The position numbers and the translations under genes are program-made. From an uncultured Clostridia bacterium (lineage in GTDB: Bacteria; Bacillota; Clostridia; Christensenellales; Aristaeellaceae), in NCBI GenBank assembly GCA_947631405.1, contig CANRLC010000004.1, positions 21,635 through 85,634 on the forward strand: DNA of 64,000 nucleotides, in the 5' to 3' direction. Positions 27,084-34,343 of the stretch are shown here, in pieces. Each line of letters opens with the position of its first letter. Position 1 is the stretch's first letter. The notes beneath the pieces were generated by a model that saw only the letters and a program-made list of their open reading frames with translations, was not told where the DNA came from and searched no databases.

Positions 27084-27305
27084 ATGACTGACACTTTGGC
27101 GCAGATTCGACGGTATATCAAGAATACGCGCAGCGACATTCCAGAAGGTTTTCAGGCGCGCTTGTCTGAGATCGTGGCGCTCGTGCAAATGTCACGGCGC
27201 GAAGATATTGTAGACGCCTTTTCACTTGCATTTAACTTTGGATTTGCTAAAGGCGTGAGATACACCAAACAGGAGAACAAGAAACGCCGCTTGACAAGAA
27301 GCTAG
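27084..27305 (+). CDS. Hypothetical protein (73 aa)
   Basis: The ORF has the RBS ACAGGAGG. It is followed by the hairpin GCCCGCCGCGTGCGGGC and then CTTTCTT. Confidence 0.45.
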   Translation: MTDTLAQIRRYIKNTRSDIPEGFQARLSEIVALVQMSRREDIVDAFSLAFNFGFAKGVRYTKQENKKRRLTRS

Positions 27306-27443
27306 CCCGCCGCGTGCGGGCCTTTCTTGATTATCAGGGTTGCCAGGGCCCTGACAAGGCTGTCTGGTCTGCTTCATGATAGCCTTTCTTCTGCCCTGCT
27401 GGCCCTGTGCTGACAGCGACGGGCACGGGCCGAACGCGAGCCA

Positions 27444-27487
27444 TTTGTGCGCCGTTTGTGCGCCGTTTTCGCGCCGTTTGATGCGAT
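27444..27487 (+). repeat. Four helically phased 11-bp direct repeats
   Basis: TTTGTGCGCCG, TTTGTGCGCCG, TTTTCGCGCCG and TTTGATGCGAT lie head to tail in a non-coding stretch. Confidence 0.7.
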
Positions 27488-27546
27488 GCGCAGAGGCCCA
27501 CGGCTGGAGGGGTAGATTAAACCGACCGCCGATTGAACAAGCGGTA

Positions 27547-27646
27547 TTCAAAGGGTGTAGGTTGAAGCGACACCCTTTTGAACGGGCGCTGTTCAAGGGT
27601 GTAAGTTGAAGTGACACCCTTTGCAAGCTGGTGTCAGTTGAACCGA
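27547..27646 (+). repeat. Two and a half copies of a hairpin/inverted-repeat unit of about 35 bp containing GTTGAA
   Basis: The first unit is TTCAAAGGGTGT-AGGTTGAAGCG-ACACCCTTTTGAA (27547-27582). The second is TTCAAGGGTGT-AAGTTGAAGTG-ACACCCTTTGCAA (27592-27626). A half unit GGTGTCAGTTGAACCGAC (27630-27647) follows. Confidence 0.7.
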
Positions 27647-27801
27647 CGGCAGCTATAATACCGTCACTTGAACTTACGCTATTCGCGCCGTGCGGGCACG
27701 CAGAGAATAAAAAACATCCTGCGCCCGCCGGGACAACGGACGCAGGGAGAAATGAAGATGTGCGCGAATGAAACGGAAACCGACCACAGGAGGATATATT
27801 T

Positions 27802-27984
27802 ATGATAACACAAGCGCGCAGACGTGTCAAGCCAAGCAGAGACACGGCCCTTTATGCTGTCAAGGGAACGCGCCGAGCGAGGCATGCCGCCGGGGTAATA
27901 AGGGGGCGTGCGCGCGGTGCGGGGGTAACTCCCGCGAGCACCCGAGCAAAACAAAAAGGCGCTATTTCAATCTGCCCGCGCTGA
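27802..27984 (+). CDS. Arginine-rich small protein candidate (60 aa)
   Basis: The strong RBS AGGAGG lies 7 nt upstream of the ATG. The translation is MITQARRRVKPSRDTALYAVKGTRRARHAAGVIRGRARG.... No homology was recognised, and the high Arg content could also arise by chance in GC-rich DNA. Confidence 0.35.
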   Translation: MITQARRRVKPSRDTALYAVKGTRRARHAAGVIRGRARGAGVTPASTRAKQKGAISICPR

Positions 27985-28148
27985 CAGCTATGAATAAGGG
28001 CTATCTGCTGGCCGGGAAAGCCTAGATCGAATCGAGCCTTTCTGTGCTGGCGGCATTTGTACGGGTCAAAGCATAAAAGGCGCTATCTGGCAGAAACGAA
28101 GCGGCCCGCCGTGTGTGTAGAGCGGTACTGTCTGGCGCAAAATGGGAC

Positions 28149-28177
28149 TTGACTAGACTAGTGAAATATGATAGAAT
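28149..28177 (+). promoter_or_regulatory. Promoter of the alpA-terS (packaging) operon
   Basis: TTGACT (28149-28154), a 17-nt spacer and TAGAAT (28172-28177) are present. Confidence 0.6.
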
Positions 28178-28260
28178 AATAAGTGAACGGGACGCCCGGA
28201 ACCTGACGGACGCCGCCGAAATCGGACGCCTGCGACTGGGCAGGCGGAGACAGCCGACAA

Positions 28261-28300
28261 GGGCTATAAGGTGCGATTGTGCGCCTTGTGGCCCTTTTTT
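28261..28300 (+). terminator. Intrinsic terminator inside the packaging-operon leader
   Basis: GGGC...AAGGTGC-GATTGT-GCGCCTT...GCCC is followed by TTTTTT (28295-28300). It lies between the promoter and the first gene, whose ATG is at 28340. Confidence 0.6.
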
Positions 28301-28339
28301 GCATCTTCCCAATTTTTCAGGCAGAAAGGAGTACGAACG

Positions 28340-28570
28340 ATGGAGAACCTACACGACCAAAGGGAAATAAGCCGGGCGTGGCGCGTCTCACGGAGCCTGT
28401 TTTACCGTCTCAGGCGGCTTCCTGACTGGCCGGAACCCGTCCGCCTTGGTAGACGCACGCTTTACCGAGAAACCGATTTAAGCGCGTTCCTAGAGCGCCA
28501 CACGGGCTTGCAGACGGGACAGCACGAGCGAAAACAGAAAGGAGGGCTGACAGATGGCGGCACGGACTAA
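28340..28570 (+). CDS. AlpA-family HTH transcriptional regulator
   Basis: ISRAWRVSRSLFYRLRRLPDWPEPVRLGRRTLYRETDLSAFLE matches the Phage_AlpA pattern (GvSrstiYrl...FP.Pv.lg.r...W...ev..Wl). The RBS is AAAGGAG. Confidence 0.7.
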   Translation: MENLHDQREISRAWRVSRSLFYRLRRLPDWPEPVRLGRRTLYRETDLSAFLERHTGLQTGQHERKQKGGLTDGGTD

Positions 28571-29156
28571 AACGGACACACAAGCAAGAAAGACTTCGCT
28601 GCGAGCCGTCGGCGGTCAGATTCAGAGCAACAGGAACAACATGCCGGGACACGCAAAGCTGATGACTGAGGACGGCGACAACGGGCGGTATGTTCGCCAC
28701 GCTTTGACAGCTATGGATTTGCCGCCTATCGACATTTCCGACCCGGCACAGGTCGAACAGCGAATCCGCGAATACTTCCAATACTGCGAAGAACAAGATT
28801 GTAGACCGGGCTTTGTCGCGCTGGCAAATTGGATTGGAATTGACCGCACGACGCTTAACTCATGGAAACGCGGCGAATACAGGAACACCACGCACTCCCA
28901 CATCATCAAAAAAGCGGTTTCACTTTTGGAGGGAATTTGGGAGGAACTTATGGCAGAAGGGCGGATAAACCCTGTTGTCGGGATTTGGATGGGCAAACAG
29001 TATTATCAGCAATCCGACCGGCAAGAGCTGGCAATCACGCAAGATCATGAGGTTCGCCCAGCCCTGACGGTAGATGAAATCTGTAAAAACCTGCCAGAAA
29101 TAGACGAATCGCTGTATCTTGACGCTGACGCCTCCAGCTACGATGAAGGAGCGTGA
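28554..29156 (+). CDS. terS: Terminase small subunit (TerS)
   Basis: QRIREYFQYCEEQDCRPGFVALANWIGIDRTTLNSWKRGE...INPVVGIWMGKQYYQQSDRQE fits the HTH-type TerS pattern (PT..GLA..LGI.r.TL..w....n..g.IF.lKn.fG..D). The RBS is AGGAGGG. No large-subunit gene follows. Confidence 0.7.
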   Translation: MAARTKTDTQARKTSLRAVGGQIQSNRNNMPGHAKLMTEDGDNGRYVRHALTAMDLPPIDISDPAQVEQRIREYFQYCEEQDCRPGFVALANWIGIDRTTLNSWKRGEYRNTTHSHIIKKAVSLLEGIWEELMAEGRINPVVGIWMGKQYYQQSDRQELAITQDHEVRPALTVDEICKNLPEIDESLYLDADASSYDEGA

Positions 29157-29413
29157 CGCCGCTGATGGATGAGGAACTTTTGGCAGCGCTCGACCATGCG
29201 CAGGCGTGCGATTTAGGAGAGGGCCGAGAGCTGCGCGCGCTGGTCAAGCTGTTTTGGTCTTGGACGGCGGTTTTTCCAGATTCAAAACTGCGCTCAAATG
29301 GCCGTCACCGACTGCGACAACAGGTCATCCGCTACGCAAACGAGATGACGCTTCCACCTCCAGCGGAAAACGATGAAACGACGGACGGCGAAAGCCAAGA
29401 AAGGAGAGATTGA
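29153..29413 (+). CDS. Hypothetical protein (86 aa or less)
   Basis: The ORF overlaps the terS stop (GTGA). The start is uncertain between the GTG at 29153 and the ATG at 29165. Confidence 0.4.
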   Translation: MTPLMDEELLAALDHAQACDLGEGRELRALVKLFWSWTAVFPDSKLRSNGRHRLRQQVIRYANEMTLPPPAENDETTDGESQERRD

Positions 29414-29416
29414 CTT

Positions 29417-30304
29417 ATGGAGCGCAAAACGAAACAGATTTTCACGGCAATTTCTGACGCATTGGGCCGCTATGACGGCACGGTTACAGACACCGTGAAG
29501 GCCTATCGTGCCGCCAAGGAAAAGGCGCGCGCCGATGCAAGCATCTTCAAAGATGAACAGACGGAATACAATCGCAGGCTGGAGGGCCTGAAAGCAAAGG
29601 CCCGCGCAGAGATTAAGCGAGCAGACGCGGCGCTTGTGGAATCCGTGCGAGATAAGAGCTTGCCGCTTCTGCGCGAGGCGCTAGGGTTCTACACGGCACA
29701 GATACCCAGCGACAACTTTATCAAACGTCTTCGCATCTTCTCAGAATTTGACCTGAAAATGACGCTGGCCGAAGCGCGGCAGCTTGCTGACCTTGCCGCA
29801 GACAACAATCTCGCGCTTCGTGCGCTGGCGACCGTTGCGGCGCGGTCTGGGCTTGACGTGCGCTTTCCGCAGCTCGAAGATTATGAACGCGACCTCCAGC
29901 AACTTGAAAAGCTCGTTCGCACGCCGATTTGCTACGTTCCGCAGGAGTATTTGCATGAAGGCTTGGAGTTATTCGCAGAGATACCCGCTTTCCGCGCAGA
30001 CGGCAGCGTCTGGTATTCGACAAAATCCGATTCTGTCGGCCTGCTTTTGATCGGCGCGAATTTCCGAAGCGTCTTTAAGGAACTGGACGAGACGGGCGAA
30101 CGCTGGGCGTCTTCTGTGGTTGCGAGCGTTCTTCCACTTGAAGACAGCGAAAAGGCCGCAGAGCATCAAGCAGCCGCCGAAGCTGTCAGCGTTGACGGCA
30201 CCACAGCAAGCAATCTGGAGCATGCGCGGCAGCTTGGGAAGCAGAAAGCCGATACAATGCGCGAAGCGGACGAAACCATGAAGCAATTCACGAACAGAGG
30301 ATAA
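29417..30304 (+). CDS. Hypothetical protein (295 aa), helical/coiled-coil-rich
   Basis: The ORF has the RBS AGGAGAG and no recognisable family. In PICIs this position after terS usually holds capsid-remodelling or interference genes. Confidence 0.55.
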   Translation: MERKTKQIFTAISDALGRYDGTVTDTVKAYRAAKEKARADASIFKDEQTEYNRRLEGLKAKARAEIKRADAALVESVRDKSLPLLREALGFYTAQIPSDNFIKRLRIFSEFDLKMTLAEARQLADLAADNNLALRALATVAARSGLDVRFPQLEDYERDLQQLEKLVRTPICYVPQEYLHEGLELFAEIPAFRADGSVWYSTKSDSVGLLLIGANFRSVFKELDETGERWASSVVASVLPLEDSEKAAEHQAAAEAVSVDGTTASNLEHARQLGKQKADTMREADETMKQFTNRG

Positions 30305-30352
30305 AGAGCATCGACGGCAAGCGCCGCGATTAAGAAAGGAGATCGCCACATC

Positions 30353-30640
30353 ATGGGAGAGGCACGGGAGACAAACCAAAAGAATTTTACAGACGATGTG
30401 AATAGCATTAGATGGATTCTTGGGAAAATCGGAGACAATGACTATACGGACAAAGAAAGCGGTCATTGTTTCGCAGACGACCTTGAAGAACTGGACAGAT
30501 TGCTTGGTGTTGCTGCAAAAGAATTTGAAGAAAGCGAATTTACGGACGCCCGCAAGTTATTGTGGAAGCGTACTCGAAATTTCACATTTCAGAGAATCAT
30601 TGACTATTACAAGCACGCGCGGCAAAACAGCGAGGAATGA
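30353..30640 (+). CDS. Hypothetical protein (95 aa)
   Basis: The ORF has the RBS AAAGGAG. It is the last gene before the right arm of element 1. Confidence 0.5.
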   Translation: MGEARETNQKNFTDDVNSIRWILGKIGDNDYTDKESGHCFADDLEELDRLLGVAAKEFEESEFTDARKLLWKRTRNFTFQRIIDYYKHARQNSEE

Positions 30641-31068
30641 TTCGCCTTTCGCTGGCACGGGACAATTTCAGAATGGGAAGGGCGGGACAAAACCCGCTCT
30701 TTCTTTGTGCGGATATTGCCCACACGGAGGGCGCGCGGCGCTGTGACAAAAGTGACAAACCAAAACAAATTTGTCACCATTTTTGTCACGCGAAAAATCT
30801 ATTCTACACAAGGGTTTTTCACAATAAAAATTAAAGAAGTGACAAAGTGACAAAAAATAATACATACATACTCCCCTTATATTTGAACGAGCCGCGCGAA
30901 GCTGCAAGCCCGCCCGTGTGGATAGGGTTGTGGTACACCATTTGGTACACCAAAACTGCGCAAAGTTTCGACAACTTGCGGAAAGATACGAAAAGAAAAA
31001 CGTTGCAGGCACTAATAAAATTGAACGCTGTACTACGCGATAACAAAATTCAGAAAGCATCAATCAAC

Positions 31069-31114
31069 ACTCCGACTCTGAAGGCCGCAGGTTCGAACCC
31101 TGTCGGACGCACCA
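31069..31114 (+). repeat. att copy 2 (attR of element 1 / attL of element 2)
   Basis: This 46 nt is identical to 17516-17561. It is followed by a diverged copy of the tRNA terminator (AAAAACCGTTGAG...GGCGGTTTTT). Confidence 0.85.
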
Positions 31115-31301
31115 AGCAAAAACCGTTGAGAACGCTAGATTTCTTGGCGGTTTTTCTTTATGGTTTCAAACTTAATTCTGCGGTCTTTATCTGGGTTTCG
31201 ACCGTTTTGTCACATTTCCTGTCACATTCCCAGTTAAATAACAGGCGATTAAGTCTAGTAGCGTCTATGTTTTTTGAGCATTTCGCATGTCACATACGCT
31301 G

Positions 31302-32420
31302 TCACGTCAAGTGCGGCACAGCCTCGTTGGAATACATGCCTGCAAGCTGTTTTCCCGCCGAACACATCTTTTCTTTCTGTATGTGTGCGTAAATCTTGAA
31401 CGTGGTTGTAACGTCGGAATGGCCCATCAGCCCTTGCAAGGTCTTGGCGTCGATCATCCCTCCAGCCGCAACGGTTGCGAAAGTGTGTCTCAGTGCGTGC
31501 GCTTTTGCACCGTATAGTTGAATTCGCTTTAGAATACGCTTCATGTCATTTCTATATGAACACTGTGTTTTAGGATGCCCAATATCATCAAAACGGTGTC
31601 CCTTATAATCGGCAGCATACGTCGGTTTGCTGACGGGGCACTCAAAGAGATAGCCGCTCTCTTTTCTGTATCGCATGAGCAACGCTTTCAGTTCCGGCAA
31701 AATGGGGATGAAACGAATGCCTGCCGGACTCTTTGGAGGGCCTATAACAGGCTGATTTCCTGTGTCGCTGAATATGATTGCTCTTTCAATTCTGAGCATG
31801 TCCTTTTCAAAATCCACATCTTCCCAGCGTAAACCTAAAAACTCTCCGCGTCGAATGCCCGTCAAAAGCGGAATAGCAATCTCCAGCTTGTCAATGCCCT
31901 TTAGAATCTCTATCTGTTGCAGAACATCGTTTGCTTGTTCACGGGTGATGGGTTGACGTTCGGTCTTTTTCTTGCTGTAAGATATTCTCTTTGCGTTCAC
32001 AGGATTGCGCGATATGAGTCCATCATCCACAGCGCAATCAAATATTTCATGCAGATAGATAAAGAACTTCTGACACATTGACTGGCTGTATTCGCGTTTA
32101 ATGTTGAAGAACATCTGAATTTCATCTGTCGTGATTTCTTCGATATACTTTCCTGTGAAATATGGCACAAAGTGCTTCTCAAGAATACTCACTGTATTGC
32201 GCGCCGTTCCTTTCTTTACCTTTGCCGTATGATATAGCTTAAACCACTTCCGCGCATACTCTATGAACGGGGTCTGTTGACAAGGCCTTTTCTGACAGAG
32301 CATGTTGAACGTTTCCTGCGTTTTTCGCTGATACGCGTCAAAGATTTCCTGCTGTGTTGCGCCAGTCAACCAGACTTTCTTACCGTCTATAATCGCGCGT
32401 TGCTTGATTCTCTTGGACAT
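31302..32420 (-). CDS. int: Tyrosine recombinase / integrase (element 2)
   Basis: The C-terminal catalytic region reads AHALRHTFATVAA...LMGHSDVTTTFKIYAH. The ATG at 32420 follows AAAGGAGAAG. The gene is adjacent to att copy 2. Confidence 0.88.
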   Translation of the reverse strand: MSKRIKQRAIIDGKKVWLTGATQQEIFDAYQRKTQETFNMLCQKRPCQQTPFIEYARKWFKLYHTAKVKKGTARNTVSILEKHFVPYFTGKYIEEITTDEIQMFFNIKREYSQSMCQKFFIYLHEIFDCAVDDGLISRNPVNAKRISYSKKKTERQPITREQANDVLQQIEILKGIDKLEIAIPLLTGIRRGEFLGLRWEDVDFEKDMLRIERAIIFSDTGNQPVIGPPKSPAGIRFIPILPELKALLMRYRKESGYLFECPVSKPTYAADYKGHRFDDIGHPKTQCSYRNDMKRILKRIQLYGAKAHALRHTFATVAAGGMIDAKTLQGLMGHSDVTTTFKIYAHIQKEKMCSAGKQLAGMYSNEAVPHLT

Positions 32421-32495
32421 ATCGTCTTCTCCTTTCGATATGCCCACGGTATCCGATGTGAGGTTGTCAAGGTTCGACGAGCCTCCAGCGGCGGC

Positions 32496-32573
32496 CTATG
32501 CCTTTTCAACGGCCTCTTGAATCATCTGCTGGAGGTCTTCTCGATTTAGTGTAACATTGTTGTCAAGTTTCAT
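32496..32573 (-). CDS. Possible 25-aa ORF upstream of int2 and in frame with it
   Basis: The translation is MKLDNNVTLNREDLQQMIQEAVEKA followed by TAG, with the RBS AAAGGAG. The frame stays open from the TAG into the integrase ORF. Confidence 0.25.
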   Translation of the reverse strand: MKLDNNVTLNREDLQQMIQEAVEKA

Positions 32574-32964
32574 TTTTTCTTAGGCTCCTTTCGTTTTCCT
32601 GCCTTTAGTTGTGAGTTGGCAATGAATAAGCTGTCTGGTCGGTCAAAGCGGCCATTGGGTTATCGCTGAGTTGAGACAAAGGAATTTTTTCCTTGTCCGG
32701 GGATTCGTCGATATATGTTTGGCTCAGTTCTCAAGCGCGGGAGCCTGCGAGTAAATAAGCTACGCTCCCCGGAGGAGATATAATATATAACCCTTTTCAC
32801 CCCTATAAATTGACCCTATTTTTTCAACGAGTGGAGAAAAGGTGCCTGCGGGGTCTGAGGCTACACTCTCCGAAAGATATACAATATATATTTCTTTCCA
32901 TCTCTTCTATATTGGGGTCAAAAATTAGCTGAGGTGGAGGTTATACTGTATTGACTTGTCCATC

Positions 32965-33483
32965 TTAATACAATTCAAGCCGCCCCTGCCCATATGCGCC
33001 TGTTTTCTTCTGCTTGGCTTTGTCGTAGTATTCGACGCCTGAAAGCGCTCGAGCGTCCTTCTCGTCGGGCATAGCGCGCACGCTGGATACTTCCCCCGTC
33101 CATGCGTCGTACACGGTTATCAGCCGATCTGACAGCCCACAGCGATAGGCAAGGAGAAACACCAGCGCCCGCATCAAAGGCAGGTCTTGACGGTATGGCG
33201 CGTCGTATCGGTCTATGCGATAGTCAATGCGCGTGACGGTCGCACGCTCTCCGCCGATGTCAACGCACGCCTCCAGCGCCGTATTCATGGCCTCTTGCGT
33301 GGAGGCCGCATCGTTGTATTCCTCCATGCACGGCAGGCGTGGAATGCTCAGCCTGTAGCGATTCCCGCCCTAAGGGTCAAGCGCGTGTCTGTATTCCTCC
33401 GGCAGGGAGGCAAGGTCGATGGAATTCTTCGCCGTCAGTTCAGCCGTGTGTACGCCACGCCGCTAGTTTTTGTTCATGTTCAT
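32965..33483 (-). pseudogene. Rep_trans-like rolling-circle replication initiator fragment, with two in-frame TAG codons and a C-terminal truncation
   Basis: TRIDYRIDRYD and GVEYYDKAKQK resemble the RlDlAlD and iYDK motifs of Rep_trans. The same frame extends upstream to the ATG at 33483 through TAG codons at 33463-33465 and 33370-33372. The protein ends far short of normal Rep_trans length. Confidence 0.5.
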
Positions 33484-33600
33484 CGCCTCCTATTTTTCCC
33501 TATGAATCGTCTGGTTCTCCCGGTTTAGAAACGGCTTTTTGAAGGGGGTTGGACAAACACCTTACCGCCTCAAAATGGCGTATGATTTTTCTTTGTATTG

Positions 33601-34002
33601 TTAGGTTATAAAACTGTCTAAACCGTGAGAATTCTGCTTGCTGTTCATGTACGCGCGTCTGTGTCTCGCCGCATCGCTCTCCCGCTCGCGGCGCTTCCTG
33701 CACGCAAGGCAATATTCCTGTCGATTGCTGGAGGGAATAAACAAGCTTGCGCATCGTATACAGCGCTTGGCCTCCTTGATTGGTTTGTTGTTTTCTTCCT
33801 CCCGCAGGACGGTTGCCCATACAAAGCGATTTAAGTCTTTGTCCTATGGCAATACCGCATCCGTGAAATAGCCGCATGCAAGGCTCCCTGCGCTTGATAC
33901 TTCGCACGGCTTATCTTCTGGCAGGCAATAGCCGTCCATGTAGTTCGCGCATTCGGATTTAGCGAGACATTTGATTCTTCGTCTCAATTCTCGTTCGTTC
34001 AA
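33601..34002 (-). pseudogene. Cys-rich VLP family gene (typical of Firmicutes ICEs) interrupted by one in-frame TAG
   Basis: The TTG start at 34002 follows GGAG. The translation reads LNERELRRRIKCLAKSECANYMDGYCLPEDKPCEVSSAGSLACGYFTDAVLP, then TAG (33844-33846), then DKDLNRFVW...CIRCASLFIPSSNRQEYCLACRKRRE. The frame is intact on both sides. Confidence 0.55.
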
Positions 34003-34343
34003 TTTCGTTATCTCCTTTTCTCGTTATTGGCATTCTCGCCCCTTCACTTATAACGGGAACAAAATTGAGATAATTTATCATCTATTCAAAAAAACAATAT
34101 TATCGCCTTAACCATAGATTAAACAAATATCATTTTCCTTCGCGTCCTCATCATTCTCCCCCTACCCTTATACCGGCCTTGAGCATACCATAGCGCCTAT
34201 TATTTGACTTTCGCGTGTACGGCGATGCGGGCTGTTCATCGTCGAATGCTTCGTTAGAGTTTAAGATAAAGCAGGGATATGGCAAAAATCAATATCTATA
34301 TCCCTGTAAACGTAAGATGCGGAGTTAAAGAAAAGGCAGGGGA

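Larger units (their letters stand above)
17562..31068. mobile_element. Integrative element 1: PICI-like phage satellite candidate (about 13.5 kb)
   Basis: It is bounded by identical 46-nt att copies and has visibly lower GC than its flanks. It encodes an integrase, a divergent repressor/Xis-like switch, a prim-pol helicase, a methylase, a TA pair, a sigma factor, and an AlpA-like regulator plus TerS. No capsid, portal, tail, TerL or lysis ORF is present. Confidence 0.65.

Noticed and set aside
27547-27646. Hairpin repeats as a miniature CRISPR array
   Set aside because: There are only two and a half units. The units are internally palindromic with variable loops, the spacing is irregular and no cas genes are present. 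The repeats look like protein-binding inverted repeats or iterons instead.
27222-28312. ORFs 27222-27845(-), 27376-27609(+), 27679-27954(-), 27768-28025(+), 28022-28312(-) and 28113-28370(+) in the gene-poor stretch of element 1
   Set aside because: None has a plausible RBS or start context. They run across the repeat arrays, promoter and terminator, and overlap each other. Only the 27802-27984 ORF has a strong RBS, and it is kept at low confidence.
17562-31068. Element 1 as a complete temperate prophage
   Set aside because: It is only about 13.5 kb. No ORF has large terminase, portal, major capsid, tail, holin or endolysin character. The largest unassigned ORF is 295 aa. A satellite or defective element fits better.
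33500-33907. 135-aa ORF on the minus strand in element 2
   Set aside because: It is out of frame with, and overlaps, the Cys-rich VLP-like reading frame, which has family-typical motifs (CxNY..G.C, VLP, C.RC...SNRQ.YC..C). Its own translation has no recognisable features and no RBS.
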